64,000 nt of DNA from an uncultured Clostridia bacterium (GTDB taxonomy: Bacteria > Bacillota > Clostridia > Christensenellales > UBA1242), in NCBI GenBank assembly GCA_934754445.1, contig CAKVHZ010000004.1:30-64029 (forward strand), written 5' to 3'. A model generated the notes under the pieces. It did no database searches. It was not told where the DNA came from and worked only from the letters and a program-made list of their open reading frames with translations. Both the position numbers and the translations under genes were made by a program. Positions 1 through 11,227 of this stretch are shown here, piece after piece. How positions within the stretch are numbered: position 1 is the stretch's first letter; every line of letters starts with the position of its first letter.

Positions 1-2019
1 ACTACCACTACTGAAAGAATTTTGTATTATACAGGTATAAATCATAAAATTGGTGAAGTTCACGACGGTGGCGCTACTATGGACTGGATGGCACAAGAAC
101 AAGAACGTGGTATTACTATCACTTCTGCTTGTACTACTTGCACATGGAAAGGCAAAAGAATTAACGTTATTGATACTCCAGGACACGTTGACTTTACAGT
201 TGAAGTTCAAAGAAGTTTAAGAGTATTAGATGGTGCTATTGCTTTGTTATCTGCTCGTGAAGGTGCTCAACCACAAAGTGAAACAGTTTGGAGACAAGCT
301 AACGATTATAAAGTTCCTCGTTTAGTTTTCGTTAATAAAATGGATAGAGATGCTGCAGATTTCTTTAAATCTGTTAACAGCGTTAAAACTCGTTTACATG
401 GTAACCCAGTTCCTATTCAAATTCCTATTGGACAAGAAGCTAACTTTAAAGGTATTATCGACTTAATTGAAATGAATGCAATTATGTATCATGAAGATGA
501 CGGTAAAATTTTTGAAGTTAAAGAAATACCAGAAGAATATAAAGCACAAGCTCAAGAATGGCACGATAAATTAATCGAATCTGTTGCAGAAACTGATGAT
601 GCTTTAATTGAAAAATTCTTTGCTGGTGAAGAAATCACTAAAGAAGAATTAAAAGCCGCAATCCGTAAAGGAACATTAGAATTAAAAATTAACCCAGTAT
701 TATGTGGAACAGCATTAAGAAATAAAGGTGTTCAACCACTACTTGATGCTATTGTAGATTATTTACCATCTCCAGTAGATGTAGACCATATTACTGGCAC
801 AAACCCAGACACTGGTGCTGAAGAAATTAGACCATCAAGCGATGATGCACCTTTTGCTGGTTTAGCATTTAAAATTATGGATGATAAATTCGTAGGAAAC
901 CTAACATTCTTCCGTGTTTATTCAGGAACATTAAAAGCAGGTTCTTATGTTTATAATCCTAGAACAAGAAGAAAAGAAAGAATTGGACGTATTGTTCGAA
1001 TGCACGCAAATAACCGTCAAGAAATTGATGAAATATTTGCAGGTGATATTGCAGCATTAGTAGGTTTAAAAGATACTATTACAGCCGATACTTTATGTGA
1101 TGAAGATCATCCAATTATGCTTTCAGGTATGGATTTCCCAGACCCAGTTATTGAACAAAGTTTGGAACCTAAAACTAAAGCTGACCAAGAAAAAATGGTT
1201 TTAGCATTGATTAAACTTGCTAAAGAAGACCCTACTTTTAAAACTTGGACAGATAGAGATTCAGGTCAAACAATTATCGCTGGTGTTGGTGAATTACATC
1301 TAGATATTATTGTTGATAGACTTCGTCGTGAATTCGGTGTAGAAGCCAATATTGGTAGACCACAAGTTGCTTATAAAGAAACTATTAGAACTGCTGTTGA
1401 AGCAGAAGGTAAATATATTCGTCAATCAGGTGGTAAAGGTCAATATGGTCATTGCTGGATTAAACTAGAACCTAAAGAAGATGGCGGTTATGAATTCGTT
1501 GATGAAATTGTTGGTGGTGTAATTCCAAAAGAATATATCCCAGCTATTGATAAAGGTATTCAAGAAGCTGCTGCAAACGGAATACTAGCAGGTTATCCTG
1601 TAGTAGACTTTAGAGTTCATGTATTTGATGGTAGTTACCACGATGTAGATAGTAGTGAAATGGCATTTAAAATTGCTGGTTCTATGGCATTTAAAGAAGC
1701 CGCTAGAAAAGCAAATCCAGTTTTACTAGAACCTATCATGAAAGTTGAAGTTGAAACTCCAGATGAATATTTAGGCGATGTTATTGGTGGATTAACATCT
1801 CGTCGTGGAATATTACAAGGAACAGAAGCAACACTTGGTATTCAAAAAGTTGATGCTTTAGTTCCACTTGCCGAAATGTTCGGTTATGTTACAGACCTAC
1901 GTAGTGCTACTCAAGGTCGTGGAACATTCACAATGGTATTCAGTAACTATGCTGAAGTACCTAAATCTATTGCTGATAAAATTATTGGCGAAAGAGCAAA
2001 AAGAAATAGTGAAGAATAA
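1..2019 (+). CDS. fusA: Elongation factor G, 5' end truncated by the window edge
   Basis: Frame 1 is open from nt 1 ([11 protein letters not shown]...). GTPase motifs DTPGHVDF and NKMDR are present and the EF-G domain order is full length. It lies directly upstream of tuf, as in the str operon. Confidence 0.95.
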   Translation, partial: TTTTERILYYTGINHKIGEVHDGGATMDWMAQEQERGITITSACTTCTWKGKRINVIDTPGHVDFTVEVQRSLRVLDGAIALLSAREGAQPQSETVWRQANDYKVPRLVFVNKMDRDAADFFKSVNSVKTRLHGNPVPIQIPIGQEANFKGIIDLIEMNAIMYHEDDGKIFEVKEIPEEYKAQAQEWHDKLIESVAETDDALIEKFFAGEEITKEELKAAIRKGTLELKINPVLCGTALRNKGVQPLLDAIVDYLPSPVDVDHITGTNPDTGAEEIRPSSDDAPFAGLAFKIMDDKFVGNLTFFRVYSGTLKAGSYVYNPRTRRKERIGRIVRMHANNRQEIDEIFAGDIAALVGLKDTITADTLCDEDHPIMLSGMDFPDPVIEQSLEPKTKADQEKMVLALIKLAKEDPTFKTWTDRDSGQTIIAGVGELHLDIIVDRLRREFGVEANIGRPQVAYKETIRTAVEAEGKYIRQSGGKGQYGHCWIKLEPKEDGGYEFVDEIVGGVIPKEYIPAIDKGIQEAAANGILAGYPVVDFRVHVFDGSYHDVDSSEMAFKIAGSMAFKEAARKANPVLLEPIMKVEVETPDEYLGDVIGGLTSRRGILQGTEATLGIQKVDALVPLAEMFGYVTDLRSATQGRGTFTMVFSNYAEVPKSIADKIIGERAKRNSEE

Positions 2020-2129
2020 TTAATAAAAATAAAAATATTTAACATTTTGTTTGCCTTATTTTATTAAATATGATAAAATATAGGCAAGTGAAATAAATAT
2101 TTCATAAATTTTAGGAGGAAAGAAATAAA

Positions 2130-3338
2130 ATGGCAAAAGCTAAGTTTGAAAGAACAAAACCACATTGCAACATTGGTACAATCGGTCACGTAGACCATGG
2201 TAAAACTACTTTAACTGCTGCAATTTGTATGACTTTATCTAAAATCGGCCATGCTCAAGGTATGGAATATGCTGATATCGATAAAGCACCAGAAGAAAAA
2301 GCAAGAGGTATTACAATTAATACTGCTCACGTAGAATATGAAACAGAAAAAAGACACTACGCTCACGTAGACTGCCCAGGACACGCAGACTATGTTAAAA
2401 ACATGATTACAGGTGCTGCTCAAATGGACGGTGCTATCCTAGTTGTTTCTGCTGCTGATGGTCCTATGCCACAAACAAGAGAACACATCTTATTAGCTCG
2501 TCAAGTTGGCGTTCCTTATATCGTTGTATTCTTAAATAAATGTGATATGGTAGATGACCCAGAATTACTAGATTTAGTAGAAATGGAAGTTAGAGAATTA
2601 TTAAATAAATATGATTTCCCTGGAGATACTACTCCAATTATCAGAGGTTCAGCTCAAAAAGCATTAGACGCTGTTAACGCAGGTGCTGATGTTAGAACTG
2701 CTCCAGAATGCAAATGCATTTTTGAATTAATGGATGCTGTAGATAGTTATATCCCTGACCCAAAAAGAGATGTTGATCAACCATTCTTAATGCCAGTTGA
2801 AGACGTATTCACAATCACTGGTCGTGGTACAGTTGCTACTGGTAGAGTAGAACGTGGTGTTGTAAAAGTTGGTGATACAGTTGAAATCGTTGGTATGGGC
2901 GCTAAAAAATCAACAGTTATTACTGGTGTTGAAATGTTCCGTAAATTATTAGACCAAGCAGAAGCTGGTGATAATATCGGTGCTTTACTTCGTGGTATTG
3001 AAAGAAAAGATATCGAAAGAGGACAAGTTTTAGCTAAACCAGGCACAATTCACCCTCATACTGAATTCACTGCTCAAGTATACGTTTTAAAGAAAGAAGA
3101 AGGTGGTCGTCATACTCCATTCTTTAATGGTTATAGACCTCAATTCTACTTCAGAACTACAGACGTTACAGGAACTATTGAATTACCTCAAGGTGTTGAA
3201 ATGGTTATGCCAGGCGACAACATTACAATGGATATCAAATTAATCACTGATATCGCTATTGAAGAAGGACTTCGTTTCGCTATCCGTGAAGGTGGCAGAA
3301 CTGTAGGTTCAGGTGTTGTTACTAAAATTATTAAATAG
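2130..3338 (+). CDS. tuf: Elongation factor Tu
   Basis: [17 protein letters not shown] and NKCD motifs; 402 aa; strong SD (taggagga) upstream. Confidence 0.97.
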   Translation: MAKAKFERTKPHCNIGTIGHVDHGKTTLTAAICMTLSKIGHAQGMEYADIDKAPEEKARGITINTAHVEYETEKRHYAHVDCPGHADYVKNMITGAAQMDGAILVVSAADGPMPQTREHILLARQVGVPYIVVFLNKCDMVDDPELLDLVEMEVRELLNKYDFPGDTTPIIRGSAQKALDAVNAGADVRTAPECKCIFELMDAVDSYIPDPKRDVDQPFLMPVEDVFTITGRGTVATGRVERGVVKVGDTVEIVGMGAKKSTVITGVEMFRKLLDQAEAGDNIGALLRGIERKDIERGQVLAKPGTIHPHTEFTAQVYVLKKEEGGRHTPFFNGYRPQFYFRTTDVTGTIELPQGVEMVMPGDNITMDIKLITDIAIEEGLRFAIREGGRTVGSGVVTKIIK

Positions 3339-3362
3339 TTTTAAATAAAATTATCATTTTAA

Positions 3363-3392
3363 TAAGTGTGCTTTTTAGCACGCTTATTTTTT
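3363..3392 (+). terminator. Rho-independent terminator after tuf
   Basis: Stem taagtgtgct / agcacgctta (one G-U pair), tttt loop, followed by a T-run. Confidence 0.8.
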
Positions 3393-3417
3393 ATTGAATT
3401 GTTGTAAATAATAATTA

Positions 3418-3446
3418 TTGACAAAATATGTTAAATGTGATATACT
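3418..3446 (+). promoter_or_regulatory. Sigma-70-type promoter for the paralog pair
   Basis: TTGACA, 17 nt spacer, TATACT, with a TG extended -10 element. Confidence 0.6.
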
Positions 3447-3469
3447 AAAAGTAATAAAAGGAGATTAAT

Positions 3470-3976
3470 ATGAAGTATTTAGCAAATGAAATAGTATTTT
3501 TCTATTTAGACGAAAACAAAATTAAAATTGATTGTGGTATTTTTAACAAGGATAGAAACAAAGTAAAATTCTTTGATGTCCATGGCTGGACAGAAGGATA
3601 TGAAGCAAAAGTTGAAAGTGTTGCTGATAGAAAAATAAATATTTATAGTAATGGTAAAGCTATAGAATTTAAGTATTATCCTATAACTCTTGCTATGAAT
3701 GAGTTAAATAATAATGGTTGGGTAAAAGCACATAAAGATAATAAATTTAGTCAATTATTATCAAAATATGGTTATGATTTAAACATTAATTATATTATAT
3801 CAGACGAATTATTAAATGACCGAGATTTTTGTAACTTAGCTTTAGTTAGTTATTCAGATATTGAACCTATCAAAAAAGAAATTACTGAGATTTTACAAGA
3901 ACAAAAAGATGATGATTTAAAATATCTTAATGATAAAAATGAAATTAAAAGTCTACAAGATGGTAGAGAATTTTAA
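3470..3976 (+). CDS. Hypothetical protein, paralog A of a tandem pair
   Basis: 168 aa with SD ggag. It shares the N-terminus MKYLANEI.F.Y and C-terminal blocks (YDL, FCNL.LV, I.EIL.E, YLN.K..IKS.QD) with the next ORF. Confidence 0.7.
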   Translation: MKYLANEIVFFYLDENKIKIDCGIFNKDRNKVKFFDVHGWTEGYEAKVESVADRKINIYSNGKAIEFKYYPITLAMNELNNNGWVKAHKDNKFSQLLSKYGYDLNINYIISDELLNDRDFCNLALVSYSDIEPIKKEITEILQEQKDDDLKYLNDKNEIKSLQDGREF

Positions 3977-3994
3977 TTAAAAAAGGGGAATTTT

Positions 3995-4483
3995 ATGAAA
4001 TATCTAGCAAATGAAATTATTTTTGTTTACGATAATAATGTAACCGAAATAGAACCTTGCATTTTCAATAAAAGTCAAACGAAAGTAAAAACTATTAAAG
4101 AAGGTGCTCCTTTTGATATAGAATTAATCAACGGTTATAAATTCAAATTAAGGAAAAATGGGAAAGCAAAAGTAGTAAACTATATAACTATGTATACTGC
4201 TATGAAAAAATTAAAAGCAAATGTTTATATTCCTAGAGATGCTAACAATAAAATTTGGCAATTAATTACAAAATTTAATTATGATTTATCAAAAAGAGTC
4301 GTTCCTGAAAATCTTTTAGATAACCCAGAATTTTGCAACTTATTTTTAGTTGACAATAAAGATGTTGAAGAATTAATCCCATCTATTAAAGAAATTTTAA
4401 AAGAAGAAAACAAGGAATATAAAGAATATTTGAATGCTAAAAAAACCATAAAATCAGTTCAAGATAAAGGTAGAAATTTTTAG
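3995..4483 (+). CDS. Hypothetical protein, paralog B of a tandem pair
   Basis: 162 aa with SD gggga, collinear similarity to 3470..3976. Confidence 0.7.
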   Translation: MKYLANEIIFVYDNNVTEIEPCIFNKSQTKVKTIKEGAPFDIELINGYKFKLRKNGKAKVVNYITMYTAMKKLKANVYIPRDANNKIWQLITKFNYDLSKRVVPENLLDNPEFCNLFLVDNKDVEELIPSIKEILKEENKEYKEYLNAKKTIKSVQDKGRNF

Positions 4484-4530
4484 TTTTAAACTTAAAAAAT
4501 TTAAAATATTTTAATAAATATAAAAGACTA

Positions 4531-4558
4531 AAGAAGAAATTAAATTTCTTCTTTTTTT
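4531..4558 (+). terminator. Rho-independent terminator
   Basis: Stem aagaagaaat / atttcttctt, loop taa, then a T-run. Confidence 0.8.
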
Positions 4559-4733
4559 ATAACTAAATAATATAAAATGTGTCAAAAATTATTTAACTTT
4601 TTGTTCAAAACTTATCGGTTATAATATAAAGAGATTTTGTAATTTCTAAATTCTACAACAAAACAGTATATTTCACAAAATTCTTTTTTTAGTTATATAA
4701 ACTAATATGTAAAATTAATAAAGGAGGTTTTTT

Positions 4734-4916
4734 ATGACAATAGAAGGATTACAAGAAATGCAAGAGAAACTTGCAGATTTAAAACATCAAAAATATCTTA
4801 TAGAAAATATACTTGGTAAATGCAACGATATGAATGTTTGCTCAAGGTTACAAGAAAAGTTAGATAGGATAAATTTAGATATATTGTTTTACGAAAATGA
4901 ACTTGATATAGATTAA
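4734..4916 (+). CDS. Small hypothetical protein, coiled-coil-like
   Basis: 60 aa with a strong SD (aaaggaggt) 7 nt upstream. Confidence 0.5.
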   Translation: MTIEGLQEMQEKLADLKHQKYLIENILGKCNDMNVCSRLQEKLDRINLDILFYENELDID

Positions 4917-4986
4917 ATGTGAGTATTAATTATATTTTAATTGTAAAATATCTTTTTATGTGTTATAATTATAAAGAGGTGTTTTT

Positions 4987-5982
4987 ATGGAATTTTTGCT
5001 AGCCGATTTAGATAAAGAAAACGAAAAATATCTTAGAAAAGATATTGATGGCGGAATTTTGAGCGAAAAGTATGAGATTGATAGATATAAATATCAACAA
5101 TATAATGATGTTGTAGATAATCTTATGCTGGGAAATTACAACGAATTTGGTGAGTATGTTCTTCAAGATGAAATAAAAGAAGAATTATTAAAATGCAGAA
5201 AAGTTATTGAAGATAATTATGAAAATATTTTGTTTGTAAAGAGTGAAGAACAAGTTAATGTGTTTAGTTACTTAAATTTTGCAGTAAAAGTTTTAGATAG
5301 CAATAAATTAGGTTACAAAGTTGCTATACTAGAATTATTAGAACCGATTTACAAAACAAAAGGTTATATAGAAAATACTCAAGCGACAATAATTAAAAAA
5401 ATTGTGCTTCCTAATAATGACATTTTTAAGGAAGAAGTTTATAAGGCATTTAACATTATTGTAGATAATTTAAATGGTAAAAGATATGTAAATGATATTG
5501 ATGAATTTAAAAATATTTTAGATAGAAAAATTAGGCTTTTGTATATAAAAAAGCATATTAGTTTGCAAGACGATTTTATGATGTGTTATAAAAAGAATGT
5601 CGAAGAATTAGATAAAACTGAAGAAGGTAAAAAAGTTTTAGAAGAATATAAAAAAGAAGAAATTGTCGCCGAGAAATATCTTAAAGTTAAAGAAGATGAC
5701 TACAAATCTAAAAATGAACTATTAACAACTAATATTGAAAAGAACTTTAAAACCGTTCCTAAACTAATAAGTAGAAATATCCTAGAATTAGAAATGAAAA
5801 AGGCAAGATTAATAAAACAATTAATTAATAGCCTAGATGAAAGTTTACTTAATGATAAAAAGCCAAAAACGGTTATTAGGGTAATTGAAAAACCTAAAAT
5901 TAAAGTTGTTGATAAAAAAATGGTAAATAAAAAACAAAAAACATTTAAAAGATTAATGGAAGACGATAGTTTACTAAGGTAG
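4987..5982 (+). CDS. Hypothetical K/E-rich protein
   Basis: 331 aa ORF with SD agaggtg. No motif recognised. Confidence 0.6.
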   Translation: MEFLLADLDKENEKYLRKDIDGGILSEKYEIDRYKYQQYNDVVDNLMLGNYNEFGEYVLQDEIKEELLKCRKVIEDNYENILFVKSEEQVNVFSYLNFAVKVLDSNKLGYKVAILELLEPIYKTKGYIENTQATIIKKIVLPNNDIFKEEVYKAFNIIVDNLNGKRYVNDIDEFKNILDRKIRLLYIKKHISLQDDFMMCYKKNVEELDKTEEGKKVLEEYKKEEIVAEKYLKVKEDDYKSKNELLTTNIEKNFKTVPKLISRNILELEMKKARLIKQLINSLDESLLNDKKPKTVIRVIEKPKIKVVDKKMVNKKQKTFKRLMEDDSLLR

Positions 5983-5989
5983 GAGAAAT

Positions 5990-6538
5990 ATGAAGAGTTC
6001 ACAAAAAGTTTTAAAAATTATAAAAGTATTAAAAATAATTTCATTAATTGCATTTATTTGTGCAATAGTAAGTTGTGTTAGTTGTGCATTAGGAAGTGTT
6101 TTTGTAGGTGTTTTAGGTAAAGATGAAGAATTTTTAAGATTACTAACTAGTTATGGCATAGAATTTAATTACAATACTTATTTATGCGTTTGCATTAGCG
6201 GTGCTGTTGAATGTGCATTTTTAATTCCTATTTATTATTTTGCTAAAAAATTTTTTGCAAGTGTGTTAGAAAAAGGCGAAATATATGATAAAAGTAATGT
6301 GAAGTGTATGCAAAAATTGGGCTGGATACATATTATTTTATCAATATCTTGTTCTTTAGTTATAGCAATTTTAGTTACTTGCTTTAAAGTAGATATAGCA
6401 TTCTCTAATTCATCAACAATTATTCTTGGTATAATTTATTTAATATTTTCATTTTTTGTAGAATATGGTGCAGATATTAAAAAAGAAAATGAAATAATTA
6501 AAACTGAAATTGAACAATTTGATAGTAAAGAAGAATAG
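5990..6538 (+). CDS. Hypothetical integral membrane protein
   Basis: 182 aa with about four hydrophobic segments, SD aggagaa, tightly coupled to the preceding ORF. Confidence 0.6.
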   Translation: MKSSQKVLKIIKVLKIISLIAFICAIVSCVSCALGSVFVGVLGKDEEFLRLLTSYGIEFNYNTYLCVCISGAVECAFLIPIYYFAKKFFASVLEKGEIYDKSNVKCMQKLGWIHIILSISCSLVIAILVTCFKVDIAFSNSSTIILGIIYLIFSFFVEYGADIKKENEIIKTEIEQFDSKEE

Positions 6539-6602
6539 TAAATTAATAATATTAATATGTAAATTTTGGTAATAAACACAACTAAAAAATACTTATAAAA
6601 GT

Positions 6603-6633
6603 AAAAACTCTTAAACGACTTAAGAGTTTTTTT
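6603..6633 (+). terminator. Rho-independent terminator
   Basis: 12-bp stem aaaaactcttaa / ttaagagttttt followed by a T-run. Confidence 0.8.
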
Positions 6634-6665
6634 GTTTATTATTAAATATAAATTTTGTTATACAT

Positions 6666-6694
6666 TTGACATAATTTTAAATAATATATATAAT
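6666..6694 (+). promoter_or_regulatory. Sigma-70-type promoter upstream of argS
   Basis: TTGACA, 17 nt spacer, TATAAT. Confidence 0.55.
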
Positions 6695-6812
6695 CAAATT
6701 ATATATTTAAAAAGAATTAAAAAAATGAAGTATATTGCAAAAATTTTATTTAGTTTTGATAAAAATCAACTAAAAATATTTTGCTGATGATTTAATATAG
6801 TAGGAGAAAACA

Positions 6813-8501
6813 ATGGATATAAAAGAATTACTTGCATCTAACATAAAATTAGATGGAGTAAATATAGATTTTAAACCTTTAATAACAGAAACTGTTGATA
6901 AAAAAATGGGCGATTATTCAATCGCTTGTTTTTCCCTTGCTAAAACCCTAAGAAAATCGCCTATGCAAATTGCAATTGATATAAAAGATAATTTTAAAAA
7001 TGATAAAGTTGTAGATAAAATAGAAGTTGTAAACGGCTATGTTAATTTCTTTTTAAATAAAGATTATTACATTAAAACAATTTTAGAAGAAATAAATAAT
7101 AATGAATGTTTTTCTAAAAATGAAGAATTAAAAAGTAAAACAATTTGTTTAGATTATAGTTCGGTTAACCTTGCTAAATATATGCACATTGGTCATTTAT
7201 CAACAACAATTATTGGCGAAAGTCTAGCACGAATGTATGAAAGTTTAGGCTACAAGGTTATTAGAATAAATTATATTGGAGATTATGGAACTCCTTTTGG
7301 CAAGATGCTTTATGCACATCTTACTTGGGGAAGCGATAAAGAACTTAATGAGCGTGGTGTAGATTATTTGCAAGATTTGTATGTTGAATTTTGTAAAAGA
7401 GCAGAAGAAGACAAGACTTTAGAAGAACATGCTCGTGAGTATTTTAAAAAGATTTGCGATAAAGATGAAGTTGTGTATCCATTATTTTTAAAAATAATAG
7501 AAATTTCTAAAGTTGAAGCAAAAAGAATTTTAGACCTTTTAGATGTTCATTTTGATTCTTGGAAAGGCGAAAATGCTTATAGCGAAGAACTTGATAATGT
7601 TGTTAAACTACTTAGTGATAAAAATTTATTAGTTGAAAGTCAAGGAGCAAAAGTTGTTGATTTAGAACAATATAATTTAGGAACTTGCTTAATTCAAAAA
7701 AGTGATGGAACAAGTTTGTATGCAACTCGTGATATAGCGGCATGCATTGATAGATATAATACTTATCATTTTGATAAAATGATTTATGTTACAGCAGTTC
7801 AACAAAAATTACATTTTCAACAATTTTTTAAAGTCTTGGAATTGTTAGGCTATGATTTTAGTAAAAACTTAGAACACGTATATTATGGCATGTTTTCACT
7901 TCCTACAGGCAAAATTGCATCAAGGAAAGGTAAACAAGCAGTTTTAGTAGATTTAATGGACTATGCTTTAAATAAAGTAAATAACATAATAAGTAATCGT
8001 GATTTTAGTAAGGAAAAGAAAGATGAAATTGCTAAAAAAATAGCGTATAGTGCTTTAAAATTTACTCCACTTAAAAATGAAAGAATTAAAGATACAGTTT
8101 TTGATATTGAAAATGCATTTAGTTTTGACGGGGATACTTCGGCATACCTTCAATATACCTATGCTCGTATTTGTAGTATTTTAAGAAAAGCAGGAAAAGA
8201 GATAGATATTAAAAATATAGATTATTTTACTTTAAATTCAACAAATGTAGCAAATCTTGTTTTATTATTAAATAATTATAAATCTAATTTACTAAAAGCC
8301 TTAGAACTTCAAGAACCTTGCGTTTTATGTAAATATACTCTAGATATTTGTAAAATGTTTAACAAGTTCTATACACAAGAAAGAGTTGTAACTGAAGATG
8401 AAAATTCAACTAATGCAAAATTATTTTTACTACTAAATATCAAAAAAATTTTAACAAAACTGTTTAGTTTAATTTGTATAGATACAATTGAAGAAATGTA
8501 A
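6813..8501 (+). CDS. argS: Arginine--tRNA ligase
   Basis: 562 aa class I aaRS with HIGH-type motif (MHIGHLSTT), ArgRS N-terminal add-on domain and DALR-type anticodon-binding C-terminus. Confidence 0.9.
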   Translation: MDIKELLASNIKLDGVNIDFKPLITETVDKKMGDYSIACFSLAKTLRKSPMQIAIDIKDNFKNDKVVDKIEVVNGYVNFFLNKDYYIKTILEEINNNECFSKNEELKSKTICLDYSSVNLAKYMHIGHLSTTIIGESLARMYESLGYKVIRINYIGDYGTPFGKMLYAHLTWGSDKELNERGVDYLQDLYVEFCKRAEEDKTLEEHAREYFKKICDKDEVVYPLFLKIIEISKVEAKRILDLLDVHFDSWKGENAYSEELDNVVKLLSDKNLLVESQGAKVVDLEQYNLGTCLIQKSDGTSLYATRDIAACIDRYNTYHFDKMIYVTAVQQKLHFQQFFKVLELLGYDFSKNLEHVYYGMFSLPTGKIASRKGKQAVLVDLMDYALNKVNNIISNRDFSKEKKDEIAKKIAYSALKFTPLKNERIKDTVFDIENAFSFDGDTSAYLQYTYARICSILRKAGKEIDIKNIDYFTLNSTNVANLVLLLNNYKSNLLKALELQEPCVLCKYTLDICKMFNKFYTQERVVTEDENSTNAKLFLLLNIKKILTKLFSLICIDTIEEM

Positions 8502-8508
8502 TAAAAAA

Positions 8509-8534
8509 CACTAGTTACAAAACTAGTGCTTTTT
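8509..8534 (+). terminator. Rho-independent terminator after argS
   Basis: Stem cactagtt / aactagtg followed by a T-run. Confidence 0.75.
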
Positions 8535-8915
8535 ATTAAGCGATTATTTCTTTTTGCCTTTCGTTTTGTCATTCTGTTTCAATATTTGTTTCAGTGTTTT
8601 CTAATATTTGTTTTTCTTGTATTTTGAGTTTTTAATAAATTCACTATATAAATTTATATACTATTTAAATTTCTAAAAAACATCATTAAGTATTTACATT
8701 TTTAAACAAAAATTATAACTAGTTTTGTTAAAGAAGATAAAGTATGTTTGTTTTATGGTATAAATATTGAATTTTCTAGTTTGAGAATGTTTGACAAAAT
8801 GTATTTATATTGCAATAATATTAATATTAAATATTTTTACAATAGATTAACTTTTAAATTTAAAGTAGATTAGTATGTTAAAATTATAAAATGTAAATAT
8901 TTGGGGAAAAGAATA

Positions 8916-10391
8916 ATGAATAATTTAAACAACAAAAAAATTGGTGTGCTTTGTCACATTACTAGTTTGCCATCAAAATATGGTATAGGAGATTTAGGGG
9001 AAGAAGCATTTAAGTTTATAGATTTTTTAAAAAACAATAATTTTAATGTGTGGGAAGTTTTACCGCTTAACAAAATTAACGATTTTAATTGTCCTTATGG
9101 AACAAACAGTGCATTTGCTTTTGAAGAACTTTTAATAAGTTTACAACCTTTTATAACCCTTGGTATTTTAAGTGAAAAGGAAGTATTGCCTTTAACAAAA
9201 TTAAGCCAAGAAAAAGTAGATTATGCAAGTGTAAGAGAAATAAAAACAAAACTATTTAATGAAATTTATAGTAGATATGGTAAAAATTTTAAAAACCAAA
9301 TTGATAAATTCTTTGAAAATAATAAAGGTATTTACGAGTATTGTGTTTTTGCAAGTTTAAAAGATTATTATAAAGTTAAAGTTTGGCGAGATTTCCCTGA
9401 AAGAATTAGAATGCATGAAAAAACTGCCATTAATAAAATTCTTCCACAAATAAAAGAAGATGTATATAGATATGGTTATCTTCAAATGATATTTATTGAA
9501 CAATTTGGGGAAATTAAAGAATATGCTCATAAAAATGGTATTGAAATTTTAGGCGATGTCGCAATTTATTGTGAACCAGCATCTTGCGATGTATGGGCTT
9601 ATAAAGAAATTTTTAAACTTGACAAAAATCTTCAACCTACTTGCTATGGTGGTGTTCCTGGCACTATGGCTGGCAATGAACAAAATTGGGGAACTTGTAT
9701 TTACGATTGGGATATGCTTAAAAAGAATGAATATTCTTGGTGGGTTGATAGAATTCTTAATTTGCTTAAAAATTTCGATATTTTAAGAATAGACCATTTT
9801 ATGGGTGTTGTAAAACACTATGAAATTCCTGCGAATGCAAAAAATATTAATGGACACGAATGGGTTTTAGGTGGCGGAGATGACTTTTTAAAAGTTTTAT
9901 TTAAAAAAGTTCCGCAAAAAAGTTTAGTTGCAGAAGATTTTGGCGATAGTCCAAAAGAGTGTCAAGAACTTATTAATAAGTATAATATAAAAAATATGCG
10001 AGTTTTACTATATGCTTTTGATGGTAACGAAAATAATACTCATCTTCCACATAATGTAAAAGAAAATTCAATATATTATATAGGCACACATGATAATGGA
10101 ACTTTAAAAAGTTTTGTAAATGACCTAGATGAAAAACAAAAAGAAAGCATACTTTCGTATTATAAACTTGATAAAAATTGTAGCCAAGAAAAACTTATGG
10201 ATACAATTATTAAAAGTGTTTTAAATAGCAAGTCAGATTTCGTGATTTTTAGAACACAAGATTTGTTAAATGAAGATGACACTAGAAGAATGAATATACC
10301 TGGTGTTGCAGCAGGTCAATGGGAATATAGACTTGATAAAAACTATGCAAACTTATATAGAAAATATAATGTTTTAGGACTTTGTAAATAA
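8916..10391 (+). CDS. malQ: 4-alpha-glucanotransferase (amylomaltase, GH77)
   Basis: GVLCHITSLPS near the N-terminus and LRIDHFMG catalytic-region motif. The ATG at 8916 is preferred over the TTG at 8901 because GGGG lies upstream. Confidence 0.85.
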   Translation: MNNLNNKKIGVLCHITSLPSKYGIGDLGEEAFKFIDFLKNNNFNVWEVLPLNKINDFNCPYGTNSAFAFEELLISLQPFITLGILSEKEVLPLTKLSQEKVDYASVREIKTKLFNEIYSRYGKNFKNQIDKFFENNKGIYEYCVFASLKDYYKVKVWRDFPERIRMHEKTAINKILPQIKEDVYRYGYLQMIFIEQFGEIKEYAHKNGIEILGDVAIYCEPASCDVWAYKEIFKLDKNLQPTCYGGVPGTMAGNEQNWGTCIYDWDMLKKNEYSWWVDRILNLLKNFDILRIDHFMGVVKHYEIPANAKNINGHEWVLGGGDDFLKVLFKKVPQKSLVAEDFGDSPKECQELINKYNIKNMRVLLYAFDGNENNTHLPHNVKENSIYYIGTHDNGTLKSFVNDLDEKQKESILSYYKLDKNCSQEKLMDTIIKSVLNSKSDFVIFRTQDLLNEDDTRRMNIPGVAAGQWEYRLDKNYANLYRKYNVLGLCK

Positions 10392-10552
10392 TTATTATAA
10401 TTTCAATATAATTTTACATATATAAAGGCTATTGAAGATAACCTTAACATTTTCACAAGAAGCGTTTAAAGGTTAACATTTTTAAATTTTATTTAAACTT
10501 GACTTTTTATGTTATTTATGTTAAATTTATTTTATTAAAAGTAGGAGATTTT

Positions 10553-11158
10553 ATGAAATTTTATCATGCAAGTGATGTTGACAATTTAAAAGAATTAGCA
10601 CCACAACAATCAAACTATATCCAAAATCCAACACTGTTTTTTTCTTCCAAAATTGAAAATGTACTTATCTATCTTGCAAACCCTGTAAAAAGGTTTTATG
10701 AAAAAAAGTATGGTAAATCGAACCAAATTTTTCAAAAATTTGCAACTTATGGTTTTAACAAAGAAAAACTTTTGTTCATAGACGAATACTATCCAAATGC
10801 TTTACAAGAAAATTTTGGTAATGTATCTGGATATATTTATGAAATAGAAACCGAGCCAAGCAATCTTGTGGAAAATAAAATACCTTTTGTTTATTCCACA
10901 AATCAGCCACAAAAGGTTATTAATTGCACATATATTCCAAATGCTTTAGACTTAATTTTAGAGTTTGAGCAAAAAGGTTTAATAAAAATTAATCGTTATG
11001 AAACATTGAGTGAAAAAAAGATGCAAATAATTAAGCAACAAATAAAAGATTGCTTTGCAAAAACTGACGATAAAATCTTTAAAGAATTTCTTGTTGAAAA
11101 ATTTCCAGATTTTAAATTGGAACAAAGCACCGATGTTGAAGATTTGCTAAATAAATAA
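10553..11158 (+). CDS. Hypothetical protein
   Basis: ATG preceded by SD taggaga, 201 aa, no motif recognised. Confidence 0.6.
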   Translation: MKFYHASDVDNLKELAPQQSNYIQNPTLFFSSKIENVLIYLANPVKRFYEKKYGKSNQIFQKFATYGFNKEKLLFIDEYYPNALQENFGNVSGYIYEIETEPSNLVENKIPFVYSTNQPQKVINCTYIPNALDLILEFEQKGLIKINRYETLSEKKMQIIKQQIKDCFAKTDDKIFKEFLVEKFPDFKLEQSTDVEDLLNK

Positions 11159-11164
11159 TAAGCG

Positions 11165-11200
11165 AAAAAACTAGCAAAGATAAAAATTTGCTAGTTTTTT
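11165..11200. terminator. Bidirectional terminator between convergent genes
   Basis: 14-bp stem aaaaaactagcaaa / tttgctagtttttt with A- and T-runs on either side. Confidence 0.8.
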
Positions 11201-11227
11201 ATAAGAAATGTAAGTTTGATTACTTTT

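Noticed and set aside
2235-3046. Two minus-strand ORFs (62 and 89 aa) inside tuf
   Set aside because: They are antisense to a highly conserved, clearly coding gene. They have no SD and their composition is typical of shadow ORFs.
5700-6002. 100-aa minus-strand ORF
   Set aside because: It is a shadow ORF antisense to the K/E-rich 331-aa gene. Antisense lysine and glutamate codons give an F/L/S-rich translation.
6640-6812. Possible T-box riboswitch upstream of argS
   Set aside because: The leader is only about 120 nt after the predicted promoter. I could find no T-box consensus (AAnnnGGGTGGTACCGCG-like) and no terminator/antiterminator pair.
8535-8900. Long (~370 bp) intergenic region upstream of malQ as a possible ncRNA or riboswitch
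   Set aside because: It shows only low-complexity AT-rich sequence with a short aatatttgttt duplication. I could identify no convincing conserved-looking helices or terminator-antiterminator structure by eye.
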